This document shows, piece by piece, positions 8,770 through 18,312 of a stretch of 64,000 bases of DNA. The translations under genes and the position numbers were made by a program. The notes under the pieces are model-generated. The model did not search any database and had not been told where the DNA came from. It was given only the letters and a program-made list of their open reading frames with translations. The DNA is from an uncultured Eubacteriales bacterium (GTDB lineage Bacteria; Bacillota; Clostridia; Oscillospirales; Oscillospiraceae), in contig URHT01000005.1 of NCBI GenBank assembly GCA_900547745.1, positions 18,838-82,837 on the forward strand. The letters run 5' to 3'. Position 1 is the first letter of the stretch. Each line of letters begins with the position of its first letter.

Positions 8770-10092
8770 TCAGTGCAGCGGCACCAGACGTTCCTTGCCG
8801 CCCATGTAGGGGCGCAGGGCCTCCGGTACCAGCACGGAGCCGTCCGCCTGCAAATTGTTCTCCAGGAAGGCGATGAGCATGCGGGGCGGCGCCACCACGG
8901 TGTTGTTCAGCGTGTGGCACAGCTGCATTTTGCCGCCGGCGTCCTTGTAGCGGATCTTCAGGCGGCGGGCCTGCGCGTCGCCCAGATTGGAGCAGGAGCA
9001 GACCTCGAAATACTTCTGCTGACGGGGCGACCATGCCTCGATGTCGCAGGACTTGCACTTCAGGTCGGCCAGATCGCCGGAGCAGCACTCCAGCTGCCGC
9101 ACGGGGATATCCAGTGAGCGGAACAGCTCCACGCTGTACTGCCACATCTGCTCGTACCATTTTTTGGAATCCTCCGGCTTGCAGACCACGATCATCTCCT
9201 GCTTCTCGAACTGATGGATGCGGTAGACGCCGCGCTCCTCGATGCCGTGGGCGCCCTTTTCCTTGCGGAAGCAGGGTGAGTAGGAGGTCAGGGTCTGGGG
9301 CAGCTTGTCCTCCGGGATGATCTGGTCGATGAATTTGCCGATCATGGAGTGCTCGCTGGTGCCGATGAGGTAGAGATCCTCGCCCTCGAGCTTGTACATC
9401 ATAGCGTCCATGTCCGTCTGACTCATGACGCCCTCCACCACGTTGCCGTGGATCATAAACGGGGGGATGCAGTAGGTAAAGCCCTTGCCGATCATGAAGT
9501 CCCGGGCGTAGGCCAGCACGGCCTCGTGGAGACGGGCGATATCGCCCAGCAGGTAGTAGAAGCCGCTGCCGGACACGCGGGCCGCGGCGTCCATGTCGAT
9601 ACCGTTGAAGCGCTCCATGATGTCGGTGTGGTAGGGGATGTCAAAGTCCGGGGTCTTGGGCTCGCCGAAGCGCTGCACCTCCACGTTGCAGCTGTCGTCC
9701 GGGCCGATGGGCACGGAGGGGTCGATCATTTGGGGAATTACCAGCATGATCTTGTTCAGGGCCGCCTCGGCCTGCTCCTTCTTGGCCTCCAGCTGGGCCA
9801 TGCGTTCGGCATCGGCCTTGACGGCGGCGTTGTTGGCGTCGATCTCCATCTGAATGGCGGATCTTTCGGTCTCGTCGGTGCATTTTTTCAGCTTGCCGAA
9901 CAGGGGGCCGTTGGCCTTGGACAGCTTGTTGCGCTCGGCCTTCAGCGCCTCACCGTCGGCAATGGCCTGACGGCGCTCGGCGTCCAGCGCAATGGCCTCA
10001 TCTACCAGAGGCAGCTTGGCGTTCTGAAACTTCTTGCGGATGTTTTCTTTAACAGCCTCCGGGTTTTCCCGGACAAATTTGATATCCAGCAT
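8770..10092 (-). CDS. serS: serine--tRNA ligase
   Basis: MLDIKFVRENPE, LIGTSEH, CFRKEKG, HQFEKQE, EVCSCSN, HTLNNT. Confidence 0.97.
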   Translation of the reverse strand: MLDIKFVRENPEAVKENIRKKFQNAKLPLVDEAIALDAERRQAIADGEALKAERNKLSKANGPLFGKLKKCTDETERSAIQMEIDANNAAVKADAERMAQLEAKKEQAEAALNKIMLVIPQMIDPSVPIGPDDSCNVEVQRFGEPKTPDFDIPYHTDIMERFNGIDMDAAARVSGSGFYYLLGDIARLHEAVLAYARDFMIGKGFTYCIPPFMIHGNVVEGVMSQTDMDAMMYKLEGEDLYLIGTSEHSMIGKFIDQIIPEDKLPQTLTSYSPCFRKEKGAHGIEERGVYRIHQFEKQEMIVVCKPEDSKKWYEQMWQYSVELFRSLDIPVRQLECCSGDLADLKCKSCDIEAWSPRQQKYFEVCSCSNLGDAQARRLKIRYKDAGGKMQLCHTLNNTVVAPPRMLIAFLENNLQADGSVLVPEALRPYMGGKERLVPLH

Positions 10093-10115
10093 TGTTTTTA
10101 CCTCGTTCTTCTGAA

Positions 10116-10131
10116 TGTTTCACGTGAAACA
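10116..10131. promoter_or_regulatory. parS site (perfect consensus)
   Basis: TGTTTCACGTGAAACA in the parB-serS intergenic gap. Confidence 0.92.
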
Positions 10132-10134
10132 GCG

Positions 10135-11001
10135 TTATTTCTTTCTGATAGTGTGGAGCGCGTCCAGCAGATCGTTGAGATCGTCCGTGCCGTAGTATTC
10201 CAGCTCGATGCGGCCCTTTTTGCGGCCGGTGACGATGCGGCAGACCCGGCCCAGACGTTCCCCCAGCTCCTTGGCGGCTTCCTCGGCGTAGTTGACGGTC
10301 AGCGGGTCTTTTGCCGGCTTTTCCGGCGCCTCTGCCAGCAGCTTCTTGGTCAGCAGCTCCGTCTGCCGCACGGATAGATCATTTTTCAGCACGGCGGCGG
10401 CGGCTGTCTCCTGCTGCTTGGCGGGGAGGGGGAGCAGCGCTCTGGCGTGGCCGCCGGACAGGCGTCCGTCCTCCACCATGGCCCGCACCGGCTCGCACAG
10501 GTTCAGCAGCCGCATGGCGTTGGCCACGGCGGGGCGGGACTTGCCCACCCGCTTGGCTGTCTCCTCCTGCGTCATGCCGTACTGCTCCATCAGAACCTTG
10601 TAGCCCTCGGCCTCCTCGATGGGATTCAGATCCTCCCGCTGGAGGTTCTCAATCATGGCCAGCTCCATGGCCTTGCGGTCGTCAGCTTCGATGACCACGG
10701 CGGGCACCTGCGTCAGTCCGGCCATACGGGCGGCACGCCAGCGCCGCTCACCGGCGATGATCTGATAGTACCCGGATTGCAGCTTCCGCACCGTCAGCGG
10801 CTGGATGATGCCGTGCTGACGAATGGAATCAGCCAAATCGGCCAGCGCGTCGGGGTCGAACAGCTTGCGGGGCTGCGCGGCACAGGATTCCACCTGGCTG
10901 ATGGGCAGCATCAGACTGCTCTTTTCATCGTTCAACTCCATCATGTCGTCGCCCATCAGAGCGCCGAGGCCCTTGCCTAAACCCTTGGATGTTCCTGCCA
11001 T
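10135..11001 (-). CDS. parB: chromosome partitioning protein ParB/Spo0J
   Basis: KGLGKGLGAL N-terminus, IIAGERRWRAA, ENLQREDLNPIEEA, HTH GKSRPAVANAMRLL. Confidence 0.96.
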   Translation of the reverse strand: MAGTSKGLGKGLGALMGDDMMELNDEKSSLMLPISQVESCAAQPRKLFDPDALADLADSIRQHGIIQPLTVRKLQSGYYQIIAGERRWRAARMAGLTQVPAVVIEADDRKAMELAMIENLQREDLNPIEEAEGYKVLMEQYGMTQEETAKRVGKSRPAVANAMRLLNLCEPVRAMVEDGRLSGGHARALLPLPAKQQETAAAAVLKNDLSVRQTELLTKKLLAEAPEKPAKDPLTVNYAEEAAKELGERLGRVCRIVTGRKKGRIELEYYGTDDLNDLLDALHTIRKK

Positions 11002-11014
11002 AGTGCGTCTCCTT

Positions 11015-11770
11015 TCAGGCGTTTCGCCTCAAAAACTCGTCTGCCAGCGCGATGTAGGCATCCGCGCCCCGGCAATTCCGGTCGTAGGCGGTGATGGGCC
11101 GCCCGTGGCTGGGGGCCTCGCTGAGCCGGACGTTCCGAGGGATCACGGTGCTGTACACCTTGGCGCCGAAGAATCGCTTGACCTCCTGCGCCACCTGAAT
11201 GGACAGGTTGGTGCGGCCATCGAACATAGTCAGCAGCACGCCCTCGATGTCCAACGAGGGGTTCATGCTGCGGCGCACGATGCGCACCGTGTTCATCAGG
11301 TCGCTGAGCCCCTCCAGCGCGTAATACTCGCCCTGCACCGGCACCAGCAGGCTGTTGGCGGCGCACAGTGCGTTCAGTGTCAGCAGCTCCAGCGAGGGGG
11401 GGCAGTCGATAAAGATGTAGTCGTACTGCTCCGCCACCTGCCGCAGCGCGGCCTTCAGCAGGAACTGCCGGTTTTCCAGCTCGATCATCTCCACGCCGGC
11501 GCCAGCCAGCGCCTTGCTGCTGGGGAGCACGTCGCCATAGGGGGTGGAGACGATGGCCTTCGCCGTCTCCGTACCGTTGATGAGCACGTCGTACACGCCG
11601 TTGGACACGGACTTGTCCACGCCCATGCCGCTGGTGGCGTTGGCCTGCGGGTCGAAATCGCACAGCAGCACCCGCTTGCCTTTGGCCTTGACGGCGGCGG
11701 CCAGATTGACACAGGTAGTGGTCTTTCCCACGCCGCCCTTCTGATTGACGATGGCAATGATCTTTGACAC
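11015..11770 (-). CDS. parA: chromosome partitioning ATPase ParA/Soj
   Basis: NQKGGVGKTT, DPQANATSG, IDCPPSL, IPRNVRLSEAPSHG; GTG start after AAAGGAG. Confidence 0.96.
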   Translation of the reverse strand: MSKIIAIVNQKGGVGKTTTCVNLAAAVKAKGKRVLLCDFDPQANATSGMGVDKSVSNGVYDVLINGTETAKAIVSTPYGDVLPSSKALAGAGVEMIELENRQFLLKAALRQVAEQYDYIFIDCPPSLELLTLNALCAANSLLVPVQGEYYALEGLSDLMNTVRIVRRSMNPSLDIEGVLLTMFDGRTNLSIQVAQEVKRFFGAKVYSTVIPRNVRLSEAPSHGRPITAYDRNCRGADAYIALADEFLRRNA

Positions 11771-11861
11771 GGCAAACTCCTCTTTCTGTCTGATTCTGTA
11801 TCTTTCTTAGTATACCACAAGAGTGGTCAGTTTCAATAGAAAATTTGCAATTTGCGAAAGA

Positions 11862-11877
11862 TGTTTCACGTGAAACG
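11862..11877. promoter_or_regulatory. parS site (15/16 match)
   Basis: TGTTTCACGTGAAACG upstream of parA. Confidence 0.85.
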
Positions 11878-11891
11878 TCGAAAAAATAAAA

Positions 11892-11929
11892 TTTCCTGTG
11901 GATGTTTCACGTGAAACATCCACAGGAAA
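11892..11929. repeat. 38-bp perfect palindrome centred on a parS (11903-11918); probable terminator of the GH13 gene
   Basis: TTTCCTGTGGATGTTTCAC|GTGAAACATCCACAGGAAA, followed on the minus strand by TTTTATTTTTT. Confidence 0.88.
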
Positions 11930-11933
11930 AACA

Positions 11934-13793
11934 CTATGACAGCAAAATTACACCGTCCAGCGGCGGCAGAGTCAGCTGCACCTGCCCCTTCTGCACCAGA
12001 AACTGCTGACCGGTGACGCCGTCGCGGCACAGCGGGCCGTCCCAGTCCAGCGCCAGCGTCAATACCTGCGTGCCGGCGTTCATCACCGTTACCGTGCGCT
12101 CATCGCCGCAGCGGCGCTCTATGACCAGTCCACCGCCCTGCGCGTACAGGTAGCGGATATCGCCCCGCCGCAGGGAAGGGCGCTGTGAGCGCAGCTGTCC
12201 CAGCTGCCGGAAGAACGCCAGCAGCGCCTCATCCTCCTGCCCCCAAGGGTATGTGCCGCGATTCAGAGGGTCTTCGAAGCCCTGCATCCCGGCCTCGTCG
12301 CCGTAATAGAGAGTAGGGGAGCCCGGGAAGGTATATAGAAGCATCCCGGCCAGCCGCAGTTTTCTCCGGCCTCGCGTCAGCTCGTCGGGAGAGAGACGGT
12401 ACGCCGCCCGGGCGGGCTTATCCTCCGGCGTCTGTGCCGTGCCCAGCAGCGTCAGGATGCGGGCGGTGTCGTGGGTGCCCAGAAAGTTCATGGCTCCGTA
12501 GAACGCGGCAGGGGGGTAGTTTTCTCGGATGGTCTCCATGGTGTCGCGAAACGCGGCGGCATCCCCGCCGCCCAGCCATGCCAGCAGCGCCGTCCGGAAG
12601 GGGTAGTTCATCAGACCGTGCGTCTCCCGGCCCAGCAGATAGCGGCGGCGGCGGGAGTAGGCGATCTTGTTGCTGCCGTCCTCCCACACCTCGCCCAACA
12701 GGTAGGCATCGGCTTTTTCCTGCTCTATGGCGGTGCGGATGGCGGCGATGAAATCGTCTGGCAGCTCGTCGGCCACGTCCAGACGCCAGCCGTCGGCTCC
12801 CAGCCGCAGCCAGCGCCGCACCACGGAATCCTTGTCGGAAATGATGAACCGCCGGTAGTCCGGCTGCTCCTCGTTGACCGCCGGCAGCGTATGTACGCCC
12901 CACCACGCATCGTAGTCCGTGGGCCACGGATGGAAGCTGTACCAGCTGAAGTAGGGGGAGTCGGTGCTCTGGGCCGCGCCCAGCTCCGGGTAGAAGCCAT
13001 CGGCGTTGAAGTAGCGGCTGTTGGAGCCGGTGTGGTTGAACACGCCGTCCAGAATGACGCGGATGCCCCGGGCGTGGGCCTCCCGGCACAGGGTACGGAA
13101 ATCCGCCTCCGTGCCCAGCAGGGGGTCAACAGCCCGGTAATCCGCCGTGTTGTAGCGGTGGTTGCTGTCGGACTCAAAAATGGGGTTGAGATACAGCGTG
13201 CTGACCGACAAGCTCTTGAGATAGTCCAGCTTTTCGGTGATGCCCGCCAGCGAGCCGCCGAAAAAGTCGCGGTTGGTGATCTGTCCGTTTTCGTCTGGCA
13301 GGAACACCGGCTGGTCGCCCCAGTCATCGTGTACCCAGCGCCGCCCCACCATGCCGGTGACATCCGGCACGGAGGTGCGGCGGAAACGGTCTGGAAAAAT
13401 CTGGTATGTCACGCCTTCACCGAACCAAGCGGGGGTGGGGGAGTCCTCGTACACCGTCAGCTGCCAGCAGGCCAGCGCGTCCTGCGCGCACCAGCCGTTT
13501 TTTCCCAGACAGACGGTGCTGCCGTCGCCCCGGGTGAACCGGAAGCCGTACCAGCACAGCTCCGGCGCGTCCGGCGCGGTGTAGACGCCGGAGAAGCCGC
13601 CCTCCGCCGGGGGCAGGGGCACGGCCTCGTCCGCACCGGCGAACTCCCGGTGTACCAGCAGCTCGCAGGCGTAGTACGTCTCGTCCCGCAGGGTAAAGGT
13701 TACCGGTGCGCCGCACTTGGCCGCGCCGAAGGGTGTTTTGCAGGAGCTGTCCTGCGGATCAAAAACAGGGATCATAGATAGGGTTCCTCTCAC
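11934..13793 (-). CDS. glycoside hydrolase family 13 (neopullulanase/amylopullulanase-like)
   Basis: YQIFPDRF, DGVFNH, GWRLDVADE, GEVWED, FLGTHD; start may instead be at 13775. Confidence 0.92.
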   Translation of the reverse strand: MRGTLSMIPVFDPQDSSCKTPFGAAKCGAPVTFTLRDETYYACELLVHREFAGADEAVPLPPAEGGFSGVYTAPDAPELCWYGFRFTRGDGSTVCLGKNGWCAQDALACWQLTVYEDSPTPAWFGEGVTYQIFPDRFRRTSVPDVTGMVGRRWVHDDWGDQPVFLPDENGQITNRDFFGGSLAGITEKLDYLKSLSVSTLYLNPIFESDSNHRYNTADYRAVDPLLGTEADFRTLCREAHARGIRVILDGVFNHTGSNSRYFNADGFYPELGAAQSTDSPYFSWYSFHPWPTDYDAWWGVHTLPAVNEEQPDYRRFIISDKDSVVRRWLRLGADGWRLDVADELPDDFIAAIRTAIEQEKADAYLLGEVWEDGSNKIAYSRRRRYLLGRETHGLMNYPFRTALLAWLGGGDAAAFRDTMETIRENYPPAAFYGAMNFLGTHDTARILTLLGTAQTPEDKPARAAYRLSPDELTRGRRKLRLAGMLLYTFPGSPTLYYGDEAGMQGFEDPLNRGTYPWGQEDEALLAFFRQLGQLRSQRPSLRRGDIRYLYAQGGGLVIERRCGDERTVTVMNAGTQVLTLALDWDGPLCRDGVTGQQFLVQKGQVQLTLPPLDGVILLS

Positions 13794-15820
13794 TTCAAAA
13801 GGGTGTTCTCGCCGATGGCGGCGCCATCGTCCGTGTGGCTGAACCAGGAGTTGATGATCTCCACGGCGGCGGTGGCCAGCGCCGCGCCGCTGCCGCCCTT
13901 TTCGATGACGATGGCCACGGCGATCTCCGGATCCTCATAGGGGGCGTAGGCCACGAACACGCCGTTGGCGATATCGGTGCCCACCTGCGCCGAGCCGGTC
14001 TTGGCGCCGGCGGAAACCACGCAGTCCTGGAAGGCGAAGGCCACACCGCCGGAGACGGTCAGCTCGTGCATGCCCTTTGTCACGGCCTCTACCGTGGAGC
14101 CGGACATTTCGACCGTGTTCAGCGGCTCATCGTCGTAGACGTACAGCAGCCGGGAGTTATCGTACTCCTTGACGTTTTTCAGCAGATGGGCCTGATAGTG
14201 CTCGCCGCCGCCCACCAGCGTGGCGATGTAGTTGGCCAGCTGCAGGGGGGTGAACAGGTTGTAGGACTGTCCGATGGCGGCGGTAATGGTCTGGCCGTCC
14301 GTCCACTCCCGGTTGTGGCTGTCCGCCCACTCCGGGGAGGCCAGCACGCCGCTGGAGTCGCCGATCTCAATGCCGGTGGACTGCCCCAGACCGAACTGGG
14401 AGGCGTAGCTGTCCAGCGTGCGGATACCGGTGAGCCGCCCCACCTCATAGAAGAAGTAGTTGCAGGATACGGTGATGGCCTGCGTCACGTTGATGCGCCC
14501 GTGGGTGGAGCCGCCCTGCCGGTAGACCCAGCACATGGGCTGTGGGTCGCGGTAATAGGTGTAGATACCGCGATCCTGAATGATGGAGGACGGCGTGATG
14601 ATGCCGCTCTCCAGCGCCGCCACGGCGGTACACATCTTGAAGGTGGAGCCGGGGGCGTAGGTGCCCTGCGTGGCCCGGTTGAACATGGGTAGCCGCTCGT
14701 CGGCCACCAGATCCTCGTAGTCCTCATTGAACGTGGACAGATCGTAGGTGGGGTAGCTGGCCAGCGCCAGCACCTCGCCGCTGCCCACGCTGACCACAGC
14801 GGCCGCGCCGCCGCGCTCGTTGCTGTCCTCGTCGATCATGCCGGTAATCGTCTGGGCCAGCGCCCGCTCCACATCGGCCTGCAGGTCGATGTCCAGCGTC
14901 AGCGCCACGGTGCCGCCGGGCTGCGGCTCCCGTGTGTACAGCTCGCCGGTGAGCTTGCCGTCCTCGTCGGTGGTGATGAGCCGCCGGCCGTCCGTGCCCC
15001 GCAGGTACTCCTCGAAGGCCTTCTCCACGCCGTCCTTGCCCACAAGGTCGTTCATGGAGTACCCCTTGTCGGCGTAGCCCACATAGCCGGTCTTTTCGTT
15101 GCTGCTCCACTCCTCCTGCCAGATGGGCCCGATGGTGCCCAGAATGTGAGCCGCCAGCGTGGTGTTGTACACCCGTGCGGAGGCGGTGCGGATGCTGACG
15201 CCCTCGTACCGCCCGTCGGTGATGAGGCTCAGCACCTCCGAGGAAACGTCCTCGGCAAACGTATAGCTGTCGCGGCTGTGCAGCTCGTACCGCACGCCGA
15301 TGACCAGCCGCGCATCCTTCTCCGACAGGCTCTCGTCGACATGGTACAGCGCCCGCATCTCCGCGATCAGCTGCCGTCCGGCGGCGGTGGCGGTCAGCTT
15401 GTTCTTCTCCAGATATTGGGTAAAGCTCTCTGACCGGTCGTTGGTGTAGCGGAGGAAGCTGCCGGTCTGTGCAATGGGCAGCGTGTCGTTCCACGCGGTG
15501 CCCGTCTCCTGACACAGGCGGATGAGCCGCAGGATGGCGTCGTTCAGCGAAGCGTCGTCGGTAAAGCCGCTGCGATCGAACACCAGTGTGTAGGCCAGCC
15601 GGTTGGACACCAGCACCTTGCCGTTGCGGTCGGTGATGATGCCGCGGGAGGCGGGTACCACCTCGCTGGTGGCGTTGCTGGAGATGGAGCGGGCGCGGTT
15701 CTCGCTGCCGTGGAGGATCTGGGCGTCGTACAGCACCGCGCCGAACAGCAGCAGGAACGCGCCGAAAACGCCCAGCAGGATCATGACCCGCCGCTTGGCG
15801 GGATGGGGGTTCTTCATCAT
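13790..15820 (-). CDS. mrdA: class B penicillin-binding protein 2
   Basis: N-terminal TM, RGIITDRNG, GKDGVE, PGSTFK, SCN, KTG motifs; follows mreCD. Confidence 0.9.
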   Translation of the reverse strand: MMKNPHPAKRRVMILLGVFGAFLLLFGAVLYDAQILHGSENRARSISSNATSEVVPASRGIITDRNGKVLVSNRLAYTLVFDRSGFTDDASLNDAILRLIRLCQETGTAWNDTLPIAQTGSFLRYTNDRSESFTQYLEKNKLTATAAGRQLIAEMRALYHVDESLSEKDARLVIGVRYELHSRDSYTFAEDVSSEVLSLITDGRYEGVSIRTASARVYNTTLAAHILGTIGPIWQEEWSSNEKTGYVGYADKGYSMNDLVGKDGVEKAFEEYLRGTDGRRLITTDEDGKLTGELYTREPQPGGTVALTLDIDLQADVERALAQTITGMIDEDSNERGGAAAVVSVGSGEVLALASYPTYDLSTFNEDYEDLVADERLPMFNRATQGTYAPGSTFKMCTAVAALESGIITPSSIIQDRGIYTYYRDPQPMCWVYRQGGSTHGRINVTQAITVSCNYFFYEVGRLTGIRTLDSYASQFGLGQSTGIEIGDSSGVLASPEWADSHNREWTDGQTITAAIGQSYNLFTPLQLANYIATLVGGGEHYQAHLLKNVKEYDNSRLLYVYDDEPLNTVEMSGSTVEAVTKGMHELTVSGGVAFAFQDCVVSAGAKTGSAQVGTDIANGVFVAYAPYEDPEIAVAIVIEKGGSGAALATAAVEIINSWFSHTDDGAAIGENTLLK

Positions 15821-15836
15821 GGAAAATGTCTCCTTG

Positions 15837-16346
15837 TCACTCGCCCCGGGTCAGGCGGCAGATCCGGGAAAAGGGGAAGTGTACCAGCGGCGTTGCCGCC
15901 AGCGACAGCAGCAGCTCCTTGCCCAGCAGCATCAGTGCCGGGCCGGTGGAGATGCCCTGCTGGTACGTCAGCAGCAGGATCCGCAGAAGGCCGCACAGCA
16001 GCAGCCCCGCGGCGGACACGGCCAGCGAGCAGAACAGCCCCGCCACGATGACCTGCCCGGACAGCAGCCGCGCCAGAAACGCGCTGCCGAAAAACACCAG
16101 ACAGTAGAAGCATACGAACACGCCCGTGGGCATCAGCAGGTCGCAGGCCAACCCGAAAAACAGGGCGTACAGCAGGGACTGCCCGCTGCGCTCCAGCGTC
16201 ACGGGGATCAGCGCCAGCGCCGGCAGCAGGAATGGGTGTACGCCGCCGACACGGATGTACACCAGCACCATGTCCTGCACCGCCAGCAGGGCCAGCGCGC
16301 ACAGTCCGTACAATATCCACTTTCGCACCATGGTGCGTCGCGTCAT
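15837..16346 (-). CDS. mreD: rod shape-determining protein MreD
   Basis: Very hydrophobic, GLACD motif, lies between mreC and pbp2; ATG after GAAAGGA. Confidence 0.78.
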   Translation of the reverse strand: MTRRTMVRKWILYGLCALALLAVQDMVLVYIRVGGVHPFLLPALALIPVTLERSGQSLLYALFFGLACDLLMPTGVFVCFYCLVFFGSAFLARLLSGQVIVAGLFCSLAVSAAGLLLCGLLRILLLTYQQGISTGPALMLLGKELLLSLAATPLVHFPFSRICRLTRGE

Positions 16347-16365
16347 AGCAGTTCCTTTCCCGCGG

Positions 16366-17205
16366 TCACTCCACCACGTCGAAATCCGTAATGATATACA
16401 GGTCGGTGAGGGCGTCCGGATCACACCGGGGCGTCAGCACCGCGTAACGGGCCAGACCGCCGTCGTCGGTGCGCACCTCCTCCACGGAGCCGATGGGCAG
16501 CCCGGAGGGGTAGTAGCCCCCCAGCCCGGAGGTCACCACCAGATCGCCCTTAATTAGAGTGGAGGAATCCGGCAGATAGCTGAGCTTCAGCTTACCCTCC
16601 GTCATCAGGGACAGGTCGCCGGCGGCGATGGCCGTCTCCTCCGTGCGGAACACCATGGCGCCCAGCTGGGATCCGGTGTCCAGTATGGTGGTGAGACGGC
16701 ACCAGTTCAGACCCACCTCCGTCACCACGCCCACCAGATTGCCGTAGCAGTCCACGGCGCAGTCGCTCTCCGCCACACCGTGGCGGCTGCCCCGGTTCAG
16801 CACCAGTGTGCTCGACCAGTTGGACACGTCCCGCTGGGTGATGCGAGCCGCCTCAAACACCAGATCAGACCGCTGCGCCCGGAGATCCAGCAGCTCCCGC
16901 AGGCGCTGGTTCTCCTCGGCGGCGGGCTGCGCCGTGCGCAGCTCCTGCCGCAGCTGGGCGTTCTCCTGCCGCAGCGCCTCGTTCTCCGCCTGCAGCTCCT
17001 CGATGCTGGCGAAATGGTCGCCAATGCCGCCGACCCACTCCACCACCGCCGAGCCCGCCGCCCGGAAGGGCGACGCGATGACGCCCAGCGCGTTGTGCAG
17101 CAGACTGGTGCCGGAGCCCAGAGCCGAGATAATGCACAGCACCACGGCAATGAGGGCGGCCCCGGCCAGCAGCCAGATACCGGTTTTCGTAAAAAATCGT
17201 TTCAT
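16366..17205 (-). CDS. mreC: rod shape-determining protein MreC
   Basis: TM plus coiled coil ENQRLRELL, NRGSRHGV, VTSGLGGYYPSGLPIG. Confidence 0.93.
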   Translation of the reverse strand: MKRFFTKTGIWLLAGAALIAVVLCIISALGSGTSLLHNALGVIASPFRAAGSAVVEWVGGIGDHFASIEELQAENEALRQENAQLRQELRTAQPAAEENQRLRELLDLRAQRSDLVFEAARITQRDVSNWSSTLVLNRGSRHGVAESDCAVDCYGNLVGVVTEVGLNWCRLTTILDTGSQLGAMVFRTEETAIAAGDLSLMTEGKLKLSYLPDSSTLIKGDLVVTSGLGGYYPSGLPIGSVEEVRTDDGGLARYAVLTPRCDPDALTDLYIITDFDVVE

Positions 17206-17218
17206 CCGTTGTTTCCTC

Positions 17219-17800
17219 TCAGCCCAGCAGCGTGATGCCGAAATCCGCCAGCATACGGCTCAGCAGCAGCACCGGCAGGCCCATCACGTTGAAAAAGTCG
17301 CCGTCGATGCGCTCCACCAGCAGCGCGCCCTGGCCCTGTACGCCGTAGGCGCCCGCCTTGTCCATCGGCTCGCCTCCGGCGATGTAGGCCCGCAGCTCCG
17401 TTTCCGACGCGGGGCGGAAATAGACATCCGTGGACTGGGCGCGGGTCAGCAGCTTTTCGCCCTGCCGCACCGTCACGCCGGTGCATACGGTGTGGTGACG
17501 CCCCTGCAGCGCCGTCAGCATGGCCAGCGCCTCCGTCTCGTCGGCGGGCTTGCCCAGCTTTTTGTCGTCCAGAAACACCATGGTGTCGGCGGTGATGACG
17601 ATCTCATCCGCCTCCGACGGCACCGCCTGAGACTTCTCCCGGGAGATGTAGCACACGATCTCCTGCGGCGTCAGGCCGTCGGGGAACCACTCCTCCACAT
17701 GAGGCACGCGGACGGTGAAATCGCGGATGCCTATCCGCTGCAAAAGCTCCTGCCGCCGGGGAGAGCCGGAGGCCAGTACGATCCTTGCCATACCGCTCAC
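17219..17800 (-). CDS. maf: Maf family nucleotide pyrophosphatase
   Basis: LASGSPRR, ADTMV, GKP, DKAGAYGVQG, NVMGLP; start may be 17791. Confidence 0.94.
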   Translation of the reverse strand: MSGMARIVLASGSPRRQELLQRIGIRDFTVRVPHVEEWFPDGLTPQEIVCYISREKSQAVPSEADEIVITADTMVFLDDKKLGKPADETEALAMLTALQGRHHTVCTGVTVRQGEKLLTRAQSTDVYFRPASETELRAYIAGGEPMDKAGAYGVQGQGALLVERIDGDFFNVMGLPVLLLSRMLADFGITLLG

Positions 17801-18246
17801 CGCCCCGTGGAGCCGAAGCCGCCGTCGCCCCGCTCCGTCTCATCCAGCTCCGTCACCGGCACGACGGTGGGCTGCACCACCGGCGTCACCATCAGCTGGG
17901 CGATGCGGTCGCCGGGCCGGACGGTGTAAGGGCTGCCGCCCAGATTCACCAGACCCACGCCGATCTCACCGCGATAGTCGCTGTCGATGACGCCCACGCC
18001 GTTGGCGAGGCACACGCCCTGCCTGATGCCCAGCCCGCTGCGGGCGAACACCAGCGCCACATAGTCTGCCGAGGGCAGGGCGATGGCGATGCCGGTGGGG
18101 ATGAGCTGCCGCTCCCCGGCGGCCAGCGTCACCGGCTGGTCGATGCAGGCGCACAGATCCATGCACGCCGCCCCCGCCGTGGCAAAGCGGGGCAGGGGGA
18201 TGTCCGTCCCGATTTTGGGGGACAGGGCCTTGATCTTCAACTCCAT
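17797..18246 (-). CDS. dut: dUTP diphosphatase
   Basis: RSGLG, GVIDSDYRGE, GDRIAQL, RGDGGFGSTG. Confidence 0.97.
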   Translation of the reverse strand: MELKIKALSPKIGTDIPLPRFATAGAACMDLCACIDQPVTLAAGERQLIPTGIAIALPSADYVALVFARSGLGIRQGVCLANGVGVIDSDYRGEIGVGLVNLGGSPYTVRPGDRIAQLMVTPVVQPTVVPVTELDETERGDGGFGSTGR

Positions 18247-18312
18247 AGAAACACCTTTTTCTGCAAAAAATAAAAACTATCCGTATAATATGGCGGCGGT
18301 TATACGCAACGT

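Noticed and set aside
11770..11934. oriC in the AT-rich gap upstream of parA
   Set aside because: Only ATCCACA half-matches that belong to the palindrome; no cluster of TTATCCACA boxes and no dnaA/dnaN in the window.
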